A DNA stretch of 64,000 bases. Origin: Squalus acanthias (lineage: Eukaryota). Each line of letters starts with the position of its first letter. The first letter of the stretch is position 1. The DNA is taken from assembly GCA_030390025.1 (NCBI GenBank), contig CM059432.1, forward strand, positions 72,294,001 through 72,358,000. Direction: 5' to 3'. Below are positions 39,432-51,919 of the stretch, piece after piece. The translations under genes were made by a program, and so were the position numbers. The notes below the pieces were generated by a model. It made no database searches. It was given only the letters and a program-made list of their open reading frames with translations, and was not told the origin of the DNA.

Positions 39432-40099
39432 CTCTATTGTACTTTATTTAGCTAATTAAAAAATGTTAAGTTTTGAAATATCACTCAATTATCTATGTAT
39501 CGTTTTTAATCTATAATCACGGCTCTTAATTTAAACCAATGGCCTAGTTTAGAGAAAAAGAGAAATACTCACCAACCAATCACTTACCTGCTTTCCTGTG
39601 ACGTCACAATTTGATTCCCACTCCCCAACCGAACCCCCCCCCCCACACCCCCCACAGGTTCGTCCACTCCCGCTCCCAGCTAGCCACTTTTAACTCTGCC
39701 GCTCCTCCTGTGGTCCCACTCTCGCTGCTGGTCTCGCGCCTCGGGCGCTGCTGCTTTTAACTCTGCCGCTCCTCCTCTGGTCCCACTCTCGCCGCTGTAC
39801 TGATGGGATAATTTCTTTTGCCACCTGGCAGTTTCTACCCTGTAGCTATTATTTAAATAATTTTGAAAGAAACAAGATAAATTTCAAATGCTTCACTGAA
39901 GTCAAATTTGATTTTTGTTTTTAAGAGTGACTGCGTGTGTGTATAGGAGAAAGAGAAAAAATGAGTGCTGTAGCTTTAGTGTTCTATAAACTTTTAAAAT
40001 TATAGTAAACTGTGAAAGGGAGGAGTCATGAGTGAGAGAGATCGTGCATTTTCTGCATTTACTGTTCAATTTTTAAAAAAGTTGAATTTTGAAGGTGGC

Positions 40100-40578
40100 T
40101 GTCAGCTGTGGCTCAGGGGTAGCAGTCAGAAGGTTATGCATTCAAGTCCCACTCCAATGATCCAAGGACAAAATCTAGGCTGACATTGGATCTCGGATGA
40201 GACATTAAACCAAATGGACATAAAAGATTCCATGGCACCATTTGAAGAAGAGCAGGGGAGTTCTTCCTGGTGTCTTGGCCAATATTTATCCCTCAACCAA
40301 CATCACTGAAACAGATTATTTGGTCATTATCACATTGCTGTTTTTGGGACCTTGCTGTGTGCAAATTGGCTGCTGCAATTCCTACATCATAACAGTGACC
40401 AATGTTCCCTCTAATTATTTTTGGCCCACGCGGTTTTTCTATTTAAAAGCCGGCTCACCGGTTGCGTGGGACCTAAAGGGAACGTTGACGGTGACTACAC
40501 TCCAAAAGTACTTCATTGACTCTGAAGCACTTTGGGAAATCCTGAGGTTGCGAAAGGCGCTATATAAATGAAAGACTT
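40100..40578 (+). mobile_element. tRNA-derived Deu-domain SINE (SacSINE1-like), internally deleted
   Basis: TGGCTCAG head, TTCAAGTCCC B box, body CCATGGCACCATTTGAAGAAGAGCAGGGGAGTT, tail GGCGCTATATAAATG; homologous to 43425-43888. Family name from memory. Confidence 0.75.
40400..40487. mobile_element. hAT-type MITE, 88 bp, 8-bp TSD
   Basis: TIRs CAATGTTCCCT / AGGGAACGTTG; flanks ACAGTGAC / ACGGTGAC; a longer relative lies at 51360-51501. Confidence 0.88.
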
Positions 40579-41289
40579 TCGAACTACTTATCACCTCCTG
40601 ACAAAAGTAAATCAATGTAAAATTAAATGAAAAATAATAATATAGATAGATGCTGGAAAAAGAAAATTGACAGTCAACACTGTTATTAAGTAACACCAAC
40701 AGTCTAGAGTAACTTTCATAGTTTCATCCTGCTGTAGATATAAATCTGTATTTTCAAAGGCCTTTGCATATCAGATATTGCATGTACCTTAATATACTCA
40801 AGTTTATAAATATTGTGGAAAGTGTACTGGCATAGTGCACTATAAGTAGCCCTGGCATCATAAATTCTTTGCTTGTAAACCAATTATTTCAGACAGAAAC
40901 TGCCTGATTAGTAGGATCTACTTGTGGCTGTGGGCTGTAATCTTTTCAATATTTTTGAAGCTTGAACTGTAATTTTTCCACAAAGTCTCTGCAACAATGT
41001 CACCGTCATTCATGGGAATAAAGAATTGCAATCTCTCAGTTTGGGACCCCCTTGGTGAACGACAGGGCCAACAGTCTCTCCAAAACAAAATTAGATTTAA
41101 GGATAGAGAAAGAAACAGAGGAACAGAGAATGAAATAGGGTGAATTAGAGTCAAATTAGTTACAGAAAGAGAAATAAAGAGAGGGAAAGAAAGATTGGAT
41201 TAAGAGAGAGAGTGAGAAAAAAAAGACCAAAAGGAAAAGTACAAAAAAAAGAAAAAATGTAAATTATAAATGTAAAAAATCTCTTAAGA

Positions 41290-41648
41290 ACAATTTACTA
41301 CCTGCAGGAATGAGACTCCACAATTTCAATTGTTCCTTTTCTGGGTCGCAGAGGTTGAGTACAGGAACATAAATCTCATTATTAAAAGGCTCCTTTCACT
41401 GTTAAGTACCAGCCATAACTTTCTGTGGTGAGTTTAATTTGTATTTACTGCACAAATGCAGCAGTAGGTTGAGGCGAGCTGCCATTTTCGTGGGACTAAT
41501 GGCAGAGCAGCGTAAATCATCCAGCAATTTGTGGCGATTCACAACTCACAGGGTAGCTTTTCCTCATCACAAATTGCTGGACAATTTAGACACTAATATC
41601 AGGTGTTTGCATTAAACTCGCTAATACTTTCCCAGCAAATTCTGGGCC
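41290..41648. mobile_element. Right part of a probable Harbinger-type MITE with an internal inverted repeat
   Basis: End GCAAATTCTGGGCC resembles the other MITE termini; internal TCCAGCAATTTGTG..CACAAATTGCTGGA; left end not found. Confidence 0.45.
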
Positions 41649-41824
41649 AATATGTTTGCAATTAAATTCAGCCTTATTATCCTAATTAGTGGAGTAGAAA
41701 ACACACCCAAGACAGGAGTCAGCAAGAGAACATTGTGATTTAGTATTAGATTTATGTATTTTTTCCCCTTTGTAGCATTCTTGGCCTTAGAGACACCATT
41801 TATGACTGATTATCATCATTTGAA

Positions 41825-41922
41825 ATAAGAATAAAATTCTGCAAATATACAGCATGTTGACAGTATCTGAAAGAAAAAGATAAGTTAACATTTCACCTGT
41901 AACCCTTCATCAGAACTGGGAT
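41825..41922 (-). mobile_element. Penelope-like terminal fragment with degenerate hammerhead
   Basis: Minus strand CCAGTT-CTGATGA-AGGGTTACAGGT-GAAA-TGTT-AACT. Confidence 0.6.
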
Positions 41923-41978
41923 AATTTCCTTGTTTTTTGTCAGTTGTCTCCCTATGCCCCACAGGTAAGGGATACATA

Positions 41979-42721
41979 GGGGGGAATTTTCCCATCCCTG
42001 GGGAGGTGGGTATGGAGGTGGGACTGCCAGGAAAATGGCAGAAAATGGGAGCGGGTACCGACCCCGCTCCAACCCGCCTCTGTGCCATCTTCCCAGGAGG
42101 CGGGTCCCCGACTCGCGCAGGGACCCGTCTCCTCGAGGCGGGAAGGGGATTAGAGCCAATTAACAGGCAGTTTTGAGGCTTATCCCCATTTTATCCCTGC
42201 AAGTGCAGGCTTCCCGACTGCTGCGAACCTCACCAGGGTCAGCGAGGCGAGCAGTGGGTCTGCGGGGGTGAGAGGGATCGAAAAGTCCGCTGTAGAGGTG
42301 AGTGATGGGTGCAAGTGTGGAGAGGTAAGTATGAGAGGTGAGTGAAAAGTGTGGGAAAAAGTTTCCTTACCTTTGCTTCTTACTGCAGACTTCAACCCTT
42401 GGGGATCCGGAGGTGCCTCATCTCAACGGCAGAGATGACAGAATGGCTGCTGTATTCTCAGATGCAGCAGCCATCTGCTTTCTGCTGAGGAGAGAGGTTT
42501 TGGTGCACCTTCAGTGCAAGGGCTCACCTTAGAACAGAGATTGTCAGTGTTTGACAGCTTCTCAAAGCTGTCAAATGCTGACAATTCAGCTGTCAAAAAT
42601 TTTTTGACAGATGAAACGTCATACGCTGACGTCCTCTGTCACCAGCTTTCCCTTAATTGGCAGGTAACCCGAAAACCAGCAGTCCCGCCCCCAACACGCT
42701 CCCATTGACAAAATCCAGCCC
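41979..42721. mobile_element. Harbinger-type MITE, 743 bp, TSD ATA (inverted copy of 20514-21334)
   Basis: Ends GGGGGGAATTTTCC / AAAATCCAGCCC flanked by ATA; long-range identity to the 20.5 kb copy. Confidence 0.88.
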
Positions 42722-43424
42722 ATAGATGCAACCTTAAGGATAACATTTATCTTTTTCTTTCTGGTCCATTTAGTGCCTTGCTTCTAATTGGTGCCAGATT
42801 ATCAGAAAAATATCTAGGAAAGAGCAGCAGTAGTTAAAAAAATTATTGGTTAAATATTTTACTTGAGAAATCACATCCATCAGATCTTTGTTCTCTAAAG
42901 CACAGATTCAAAATGAAGGTTGTTCAGAGCTAAAGAGACTCCACTTAGCTGCCAAATGATAAAGTTCATGGTGACCTTAAAGCATTGTCCCTACTATGTG
43001 GATTTCTGACTGCTTCTGAGGTGCAGATTTCTGGATTTTTTTGTTGAGATTACATAATACTTCATTATCAAAATACTGGTAGAAAAGACCATCACTTCTG
43101 GCAGTCCTCTAATTTACACCTCATCTGTGGATTTACACTCATAACAACTTCACAGTATTCTGAACCAAAGTACATCTAAAGAGTGCAATTTTTTTTTAAA
43201 TTGTTGGAAAAAAATGTCAACTGTTGACTTAACATCAGTCTCACTTTAAATTGATTTGACTTGGTCTGATATCAGATGCTTTCTTGAATGAACAACAACC
43301 TGCATTTATATAGCACCTTTAATGTAAAAATAATCCCACTCTGGAATTAGATAGAGAGATGGGCATCAAGTAGTTGCAGGAGGGATTAGGAGAGGCGATC
43401 AAAAGCTTGGATGAAAAGAAAAAG

Positions 43425-43888
43425 AAAGACTTGCAGTTATATAGCGCCTTTCACGACCACCAGATGTCCCAAAATGCTTTACAGCCAATGAAGTACTTTT
43501 TCTTTGAAGTGTAGTCACTGTTGCAATGTAGGAAACCCAGTAGCCAATTTGCACACAGCAAGCTCCCAAAAACAGCAATCTGATAATGACCAGATAATGT
43601 TTTTTTTAGTGATGTTGATTGAGGGATAAATAGTGGCCAGGACACCAGGGATAACTCCCTTGCTCATCTTTGAAATAGTGCCATGGGATATTTTACGTCC
43701 ACCTGAGAGAACATATGGGGCCTCGGTTTAACATCTCATCTGAAAGACGGCACCTTTAACAGTGCAGCACGTCCTCAGCACTGCACTGGAGTGTCAGCCT
43801 AGATCTTTGTCTTCAAGTCTCTGGAGTGAGACTTGAACCCACAACCTTCTGACTCAGAGGCGAGAGTGCTCCCAACTGAGCCACAGCA
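43425..43888 (-). mobile_element. Near full-length tRNA-derived Deu-domain SINE (SacSINE1-like)
   Basis: Head GCTGTGGCTCAGTTGG..GGTTCAAGTC, Deu-like body, tail GGCGCTATATAACTGCAAGTC; sits within L2-like sequence. Confidence 0.8.
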
Positions 43889-44270
43889 TTGAGAAGGTTT
43901 TTAACTGAGGAGAAAAAGTGGAGACAAAGGGGTTTGTGAGGGAGTGCCAGAGAGTGGAGCTGAGACGGCTGAAGGAGGGCAGTCACACAAAAGGAAAAAG
44001 TTAGATGATCAAGGGGTGCAGGAAGGGCTATAAGGCTGGAGGAGGTTGCAAGCATAGAGTGGAGTTAGGTTGTGGAAGGTTTTTAAGATGTATTTAAATT
44101 TAATGCTTTTGTAGACAGGGAAGCAATGTAGGTCAGTGAGAACAGGGGTGATGAGTGAGTGGGATTTAGTGTGTGACAAGTTATGGGCAGCTGTGTTTTG
44201 GCCAAGTTGGAGTTTGTGGGTGATAGAAGATGGGATGCCAGCAAGAAGGCCCTTGGAACCCTCATGTAAT
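43889..44270 (-). mobile_element. L2-type LINE 3' ORF2 fragment (its tail at about 43293-43420)
   Basis: LLAGIPSSITHKLQLGQNTAAHNL..ITPVLTDLHCFPV..IKFK is the typical L2 C-terminus. Confidence 0.75.
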
Positions 44271-44297
44271 AGCTTAAAAAGAATGGGGGAGTGGTGG

Positions 44298-46175
44298 CAG
44301 TGTTGCAAACTCTCGCGATTCCATCGCAAGAGACACGATTTCGGAGTGAAACAAAGCTTCACTCACGATCTCACGATGGAACGCCTAAATCTCACGATTT
44401 TTTCAAAAAGAAAATTACGCCGATTTGCGCATACATGGAAAAATGCGCGAATTGTGTATATTTTCTCGTGCATGCACAAATCAGCGTTTACCCTGTTTCT
44501 GAATCTAATCCGTCAGAGTCAAACACTCAACTGGCAACACAGTATACCCTTCAATACCAATAAAAGAAGCTACATGGTACTTGTACCTTGATCTTAGACC
44601 GGTTTTATACCCGGGACATGATTTGTTTTCCAAAGGCAAGTCTTGTTTCAGCAGGCACTGCTAAACACAGCAGTATTTTGTCCAGATTGAGATCATTCTT
44701 AATGTTCTAAATTCCAGATGCCACATAGATTCCGACTGGTTATATTGAGGCGAGCGCTGCAATGAGCTTGAGTCCGAGCCACTAATTGCCATGATTACCG
44801 TTGTGTCCATTTTTGGCTTGCTGCTCCTTGTTTCATCTGTGACTCATCTTGCCAAAGATATTCCACAAACCGGTGAAAATTGTTAGCAGCAGTGTTGAAG
44901 TACAACATGGCCAGATTGTTGCATAGAAACACTGTGCATCACCACATATGATACAGTGTCTTGTCCTGACCCTCAGTGAGACTGAAGCAATAGCCTGTAC
45001 TATAGATTGAAAGTCAAGTACAGGTACAATTTTGCAAGTGGATAATGTAGAGAATGTGTTGTGTTTTTGACTGTGATGTGAAGAGCTGCTAAGGGAGAGA
45101 AATGGTGGGTGTAATAATGATTGAATATTAGATTGTGCTCCACTACGGTGAGATTTAACAGAAGTGCTATGTTTCTGGTTGAGGGCTTCATCCAAAAGCA
45201 ATTAAAGGGGGAGTATGCTCTTTGTGTAAAGTTGCATTACTAATTTACATAGAATAAATGGAAAGCTTTGACCATTTGTGATGCATGTCTTTACTACTTT
45301 AACCTAAACCTATTTTTATAAAACAGAGGCTGCTGACGGAGATTAGAGGCTGGATTTGAGTGCTTCAGGCATGGAGCCATACCCAATGCGAGCCCTGTGA
45401 TATTGTTAAACTTTTTCCTGCCTTGCATGAGGTGATTGTGAAGTGGCAAATTTTCTGTCAAATCGAGCAGACAAGGCGTGGTTGAAATATACAGCAAAAA
45501 TGAAAGAAATTCAGGTCATGCAGGGTTAAAGCTTTTCCAAATTTCTAATTGCGACACTTTTAAAAATAAAAATAATCAAGAAACGCCACGTTAATTTTGT
45601 CTCGCACGCCCGCCCCCTCCACAACCCAACCAAAACTAGGTATCTTCCAGCAATGCATAAAATCAGGATTTCAAAATACTAAATTTACCAAAATATAATT
45701 GAGTTAAGTATTAAATACCCTTGCTGCTGCACAAATGCTTTTCTGTATCAACTGTTTGTGTAACAATTGAATCGTCCTTTCCTTTAAAGCTCAGTATATT
45801 TTCTTGGGAAAAAATGTAATTATTGCATTTCATAATGAAAGATTTTTTCACAAAATTATGTATGTTCCGGAAAGAGTAACGGTTAAAATCCGAGCGAGGC
45901 CGGCCTGTGAGTTATGCGACAGAGGGGCCATCGATGCACCTACTTCTGCTCCTATTTCTTACGTTCTTATGTTCTTGTGTCAGTAATCGGTTAGTGACGG
46001 CCGAATGCACTTTCTGTCCAGGAGCAAAGGTTGCGGAATGCACTTTCTGTCGGGAGTAAAAGTCAGCGAGGGAGCGGGTCGGGAAAAAAATAGCAACTCA
46101 TGATTTCTATACCAAATCTCATGATTTTTAAGTGTTTGTCTCCTGATTTATGAGGCAGTGGGGTTGGCAATACTG
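44298..46175. mobile_element. Non-autonomous DNA transposon, 1878 bp, 6-bp TSD TGGTGG
   Basis: TIRs CAGTGTTGCAAAC / GTTGGCAATACTG; TGGTGG at 44292-44297 and 46176-46181; repeated CTCA(C/T)GAT motifs near both ends. Confidence 0.72.
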
Positions 46176-46545
46176 TGGTGGCTACTAAAAATTGTAAAGT
46201 TCTAAAGTAAATAAATCTACCCATTTGCCTTGCCAAAGATACTGTTTTAAAGTCCATTTGTCAGCTGATGAAAACCAAGCAAAATATTTTACAGGTCACA
46301 GTCAGAGGTTAAAATAAAACCGTTATCCATTGGTCTCTGTACTGAAGAGCTAATGCACTCTCCTTTTCTTGACTCTTCCAGTCCTCTTATCTCCCATCAC
46401 CACGTGGTAGACATTGTGAACATTGCTCTTGGAGGCAAGAGAATTGTCTTTGGAGGGACTGCACTGCCTGTTTGATTATCAATATCCAGGACAGCTTTCT
46501 GAGGAAAACTGGTATTAATGCATTGAATTGTGAAAAAGCTCTTAT

Positions 46546-47555
46546 CATAGAATGGTGACAGCACAGAAGGAAGCCATTCGGCCTGTCGAGCCCATGCCGG
46601 CTCTCTGCAAAAGCACTTCAGCTAGTCCCACTCCCCCGCCCTTTCACCATAGCCCTGCAAAATTTTTTCCTTCAGGTACTTATCCAATTCTGTTTTAAAG
46701 CCACAATTGAAACTGCCTTCACCACCCTCAGGCAGTGCATTCCAGATCCTAACCACTCGCTGCGTAAAAAAGTTTTTCCTCATGTCGCATTTGGTTCTTC
46801 TGCCAATCACCTTAAATCTGTGTCCTCTGGTTCTCGACTTTCCGCCAATGGGAACAGTTTCTCTCCATCTACTCTGTCTAGACCCCTCATAATTTTGAAC
46901 ACCTCTATCAAATCTCCTCTCAACCTTCTCTGCTCTAAGGAGAACAACTTCAGCTTGTCCAGTTTATCCATGTAACTGAAGTCCCTCATCCCTGGAACCA
47001 TTCTCGTAAATCTTTTCTGCACCCTCTCTAAGGCCTTCACATCCTTCCTAAAGTGCGGTGCTCAGAATTGGACACAATATTCCAGTTGAGGTCGGACAAG
47101 TGTTTTATAAAGGCCCATCATAACTTCCTTGCTTTTGTACTCTATGCCTCTATTTATGAAGCCCAGGATCCCGTATGCTTTTTTAACCACTATCTCAACC
47201 TGACCTGCCACCTTCAACTATTTGTGCACATACACCCCTGGGTCTCTCTGTTCATACACCCCCTTTAGATTTGTACCCTTTAGTTTATATTGCCTCTCCC
47301 TGTTCTTCCTACCAAAATGTATCACTTTGCGCTTTTCTGCGTTAAATTTCATCTGCCACGTGTCCGCCCATTCCACCAGCCTGTCTATGTCTTCTTGAAG
47401 TCTATCACTATCCTCCTCACTGTTCACCATACCTCCAAGATTTGTGTCATCTGCAAATTTTGAAATTGTACCCTGTACACCCAAGTCCAAGTCATTAATA
47501 TACATCAAGAAAAGCAGTGGTCCTAGTACCGACCCCTGGGGAACACCACTGTGTT
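46546..47555 (-). mobile_element. 5'-truncated CR1 LINE
   Basis: YINDLD..SKFADD, ERVQKRFTRMVPG, FFTQRVVRIWNALP. Confidence 0.9.
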
Positions 47556-47824
47556 CCTTTACAGACTAAGTTGCTCTCTTCAATTGATCCCTATGTCTGA
47601 TATTACAAGCTAATTACCGATGAGGTTTGGTACCTATTATTTTGCTTTCCACTGTTTTTTTTACGGCTCTTACCAGGCTTAATAAATCAAGTGTACATTC
47701 CAGAGAGCCCTGAACAATGGAAGTGGCATACCTCCAGCCTTCACAGGCTGCAGATAAACTACCTAAGATAGGCACTGTGACATCTCATGTATGTCTATGT
47801 TGCATAGAGTCTGTCTATGTAAGC

Positions 47825-48030
47825 TATGGTAACCTAGTGGTTATGATATAAGACTAGAAAAAATCTGGCGAATTGTGAGCTAGCATCATGAAAAGTTTCC
47901 AGATTGTTGTAAAAAAAAACACTTGTTCACTAATGTCTTACCTGTACTGTGGCCCACACCTGACTCCAGTCTGACAATATGCGGTTGACCCGTAGTGACC
48001 ACTCAAGTAACCTAGCCAGCCATTCTGTTG
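47825..48030 (+). mobile_element. Diverged copy of the tRNA-SINE seen at 58368-58811
   Basis: GGTAACCTAGTGGTTATG head; GTTCACTAATGTC..TGACTCCAG..GGTTGAC body. Confidence 0.55.
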
Positions 48031-48142
48031 GAAAACAGCTACTACAGAACATCATACCAGAACAAGACTCAGCCTATCCCAATCTACTTAAGTAACAGAA
48101 TAATATCTATCAGCCAACATCCCAAACTTTACCATCACCATA

Positions 48143-48415
48143 ACAAAAGCAAAATACTTCACATGACAGAAATCTGAATTGAAAACAGAAAATACTGGAA
48201 ACACTCAGCGGGTCAGGCAGCATCAGTGGATAGAGAAACAGAGTTAACCTTTCAACAGTTCCATCTCATCCGAAAGATGGCACCTCCGATAGTGCTGCAC
48301 TCCCTCAGTACTGCACTGGAGTGTTAGCCTAGATTACGTGCTCAAGTCCTAGAGTGGGGCTTGAACCCACAATCTACTGACTTAGAGGCAAGAACGCTAC
48401 CACTGAATCACGATT
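48143..48415 (-). mobile_element. Penelope terminal fragment (48143-48255) abutting the 5' half of a Deu-SINE (48262-48415)
   Basis: AACAGAAAATACTGGAAACACTCAGCGGGTCAGGCAGCATC as at 12321; CATCTCATCCGAAAGATGG..CTTGAACCCACA as at 43732-43843. Confidence 0.7.
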
Positions 48416-48741
48416 ACTGCCATGGTCAAACTCTCATTCAATCCGAATCATATTTGTAAGACTCTTCTTAATATATGGCACACCCAACTAGATTTTCTAC
48501 TTGAGTTATGTTACCTCCCCAGTTTAGCTGGAGTGGAATTTGGTGGGAAATTCTTTGGCTGACAATTCACTGGATTCCCGCTTGACCCTGTCACTTCAGG
48601 CATTTCCCACCAGAACTGATGGATCTCATAGAATACATTTGCCCAAAAATGGGTGGGTGTATTTAAATACTATACAAATGATGCAAAAACATCATATAAC
48701 TTAATTTCCATCATTTGTGGCCTCACAACAGCAAGGAACAC

Positions 48742-49319
48742 CAATGCAAACAAAGCACTGGGGTTCATTTCTAGAGGGATAGAATTGAAAAGCAGCGAAG
48801 TTATGTTAAACTTGTATAGAACCTTGGTTAGATCACACTTGGAACACTGCACAGTTTTGGTCTCCATATTACAAAAACGATACAGAGGCACTGGAGAAAG
48901 TGCAAAAAAGATTTACAAGAATGATGCCATAAATGCAAGGTTATACCTATCAGGCAAGATTGAGCAAGCAGGGTGACCTAATAGGGTAGATGTAGAGAAG
49001 ATGTTTGCACTTGCGGGGGAGACCAAAACTAGGGCCATAAATATAAGATAGTCACTAATAAATCTAATAGAGAATTCAAGAGAAACTTCTTTACCCAGTG
49101 ATTAGAATATGGAACTCTCTACCACAAGGAGTAGTTGAGGTGAATAGTATAGATGCATTTAAGGGGAAGCTAGATAAACGCATGAGGGAGAAAGGAATAG
49201 AAGGATATGCTGATAGTGTTAGATGAAGAGGGGCGGGAGGAGGCTCATGTATAATATGAACACTGGCATAGGCCAGTTGGGCTGAATGGCCTGTTTCTGT
49301 GCTGTAGATTCGATGTAAT
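48742..49319 (+). mobile_element. CR1 3' fragment
   Basis: NANKALGFISRGIELKS..LYRTLVRSHLE; CR1 tail GGCCTGTTTCTGTGCTGTA. Confidence 0.85.
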
Positions 49320-49417
49320 TTCTTGCATAAAGTGTTGCTAAGGGCAGCAAGGGTTGGGGGCGGGGCAAGAATTAAAAAATAAAAGGTTGCCTTAGGCTGT
49401 GCATTTGATCGCAAAGT

Positions 49418-49617
49418 GATTACATAGAATATACAGCACAGAAACAGGCCATTCGGTCCAACCAGTCGATGCCGGCATTTATGCTCCACTCGAGCCTCCT
49501 CCCGTCTTTCCTCATCTAACCCTATCAGCATAACCCTCTATTCCCTTCTCCCTCATATGCTTATCTAACCGCCCCTTAAATGCATCTATACTATTCGCTT
49601 CAACCACTCCTTGTGGC
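49418..49617 (-). mobile_element. CR1 3' end, inverted relative to 49122-49319
   Basis: Reverse-complement similarity over about 200 bp. Confidence 0.82.
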
Positions 49618-50853
49618 ATAAGCTAAGGGATTTAAAAAAAAATGTCTTCAGGCAGTGCATAGGACATTGGCTATGCTATGCTGTGGCTGGCCTCTGAACC
49701 CTGCGGAGGTCAGCCTGAATTTTGCTAAAGAACCTGAATGTAAAATTGTCCAAGCACATCTTTGTGGTAAAACTCCCACCGACCGCAACCAGGATGCACT
49801 GGAATTCTGCTAAAGCAGAAAATCCCTGTCACCAAATCTGGACACTGTAGTTGTGCTTTAATTAAACATCAGTATATTCTTAATTCCTCCAGATCGCCCT
49901 GCTACATTGTAGGTTTTCCCAACCACTCTCCAATCAGTTGCTAAGAACTGCAAGAAAGGATAAGGGTACTTTGTTCTAAAATTTTCCTTCCCCATGAGGG
50001 CATTTCTTCAGTGACAGTAGGGACAACATAGGAAATCTGCCTTATTAGGGATTCACTGGTTCAAGCTAGCATCCAAAAATTCAATGTCACGGTGATTTGA
50101 AAGAACTTAGATCCATAGGATAGATAGCACTGCAGTGACAGTGAGACCCCCTGTTATATGAAGATGAATTGTATGGATTGACAGGGGTCTCGGGTATCAC
50201 TTTTACATTTCATCAGCACTTAAATTTAGCATCAGTGTGATCTAATATCAGGAAAAAAATCTGTAGACATCTTCCAGCACTGGATTGTATTTGTCTCTGG
50301 GAAATTAAAAGTGACAACTCACAAAAGGTTGTTTCAACATTTTGACCAGCACTCAGTTTAATAATATCTACAAAAAGCCATTTGATTTCGAAATTAAATT
50401 TCAACATACTTCAGTATAAAAAAAGCCTTGATGTAAAGGAAAGAGTATCAAAACAGCTACAATTGTGTTTAGGCTTTGATACTATTCAATATTTTCACTT
50501 AATTGCCATTCTTTTTCCATTACTTTTTATCCACTCTTCTGTTTTCCCAGTTTTATAGTTTTTATTTACACAACACAGTTTTAGTTGTAGCAACAATATG
50601 ATAAGAAGCATGATTTTAGAAGGAGAAAATTATACCTGAGAAACATCCATGACTTGTTTGAAGATGTTCTGGATAAAGCAGATTAAGGAACTGCCTAGGA
50701 TATAACTCTTTTGGACCTTCAGAAAGGTTTTGACAAAGTACTCCATGAAAGACTTCTAATTAAGCTAAAGATCATGGAAATCCAGTGCAGATCCATGGAA
50801 TTGTTAAGAAATTGGTTAAAAATGGAAAACAGAAGGTACTGGTGAGAGATGTA

Positions 50854-51536
50854 GGACCCAATTTTATCTGCCCCTACCTGGCAAAAACTTGGCTGGGGGT
50901 GGGGCAGTTAAAATAATGCAAGTCACTTACCTCCTCCAATCCTGCTGCCTTCTCGTTGTGTCCCGACATTAACCTGCTCTTTTGAGTAGGTGACACAGGA
51001 AGGAAGCAGGGCCTATTTAAATATACGGCTGGGGTCCAATGCTGTAATCGGGAGTTGATCTACAATTTCAACCTGAGGCTTGAGCGAGCCGAGGGTGGGG
51101 GTGTGTGGGGGCGGGTGTGGAAAGCAGGGGCAGTGTCAGCTCCCCTATCAGGCAAAACCTGCCGGGAGCTGAATCCTGGGCTAGAAGAGGCCCTGAAGGT
51201 ACGTTTTAAAGTTTTATTTTAGGTTTCCTTGTGGACTCTGCATAGATTTATTTTAATAAGGCCCTACCCTTAAGATCGGCAGGGCCGCCATGTCCCAAGC
51301 CTTGCTGGGTTCATCGTCCGCTACCGAGCTCCCTCACACTCTTCCCATCCCCCCCGCACCAACGTTCCCTTTAAGCTGCGCAGACGCGCAGCGCTCTGCA
51401 GGTCCCACGCAGCCGTTGAGCCAGCTTTTAAATAGCAAAACCGCGCAAGTGCGGAATTTTGAAGGGGCTGCAAATGCCAAAAAAAATTAGAGGGAACATT
51501 GCCCCCCCCCCCCCCCACCCCATGAAAATCGAGGCT
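50854..51536. mobile_element. Harbinger-type MITE (diverged) containing a hAT MITE
   Basis: Ends GGACCCAATTTTAT / ATGAAAATCGAGGCT; flanks GTA/GTT; interrupts the old CR1 reading. Confidence 0.55.
51360..51501. mobile_element. hAT-type MITE, 142 bp
   Basis: TIRs CAACGTTCCCT / AGGGAACATTG; internal similarity to 40400-40487 (inverted); flanks CCCCGCAC / CCCCCCCC. Confidence 0.82.
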
Positions 51537-51919
51537 GTTAAGTTGTACTATGAGAGGGTGTTAAATAATATCCTGCAAGAAATGGTGCTTCAATTTGTGA
51601 CGTTGTTCATTTACACAAGCGACCTAGACAATGAAAACAACTATGGTTGTTATATTTGAAGAATAACTAAAATAGAGAGACAACATCTGAGTCAGACGAC
51701 GCAACTAATGATTTACAGGAGGATTTAGATACATAGGGTAACAGGACAGAAAAATGATCCAAAATTTACTAATAAGGAATGTAAAGTATTGCACTTGGGA
51801 TGAAAAAGTGTGCAATATAAATATAAAAGTGAATGGAATAAAATGAGTACAAGGAAACTTAGACAGGGACCTTAGAGTAATAATAGGCACGTCATTGAAA
51901 ATGTCCCAACAATATATAA

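Larger units (their letters stand above)
29300..39797 (-). mobile_element. Full-length CR1 LINE 'A' (about 4.4 kb net) split by a second CR1 and two MITEs
   Basis: Collinear pieces 39797-37774, 37010-36679, 35781-35694, 31254-29300 give 5' UTR, ORF1 esterase, endonuclease, RT and (TTCTTATGT)n-like tail. Confidence 0.92.

Noticed and set aside
43820..43888. tRNA gene (also 58745-58811)
   Set aside because: A/B boxes are SINE heads joined to SINE bodies; no full cloverleaf.
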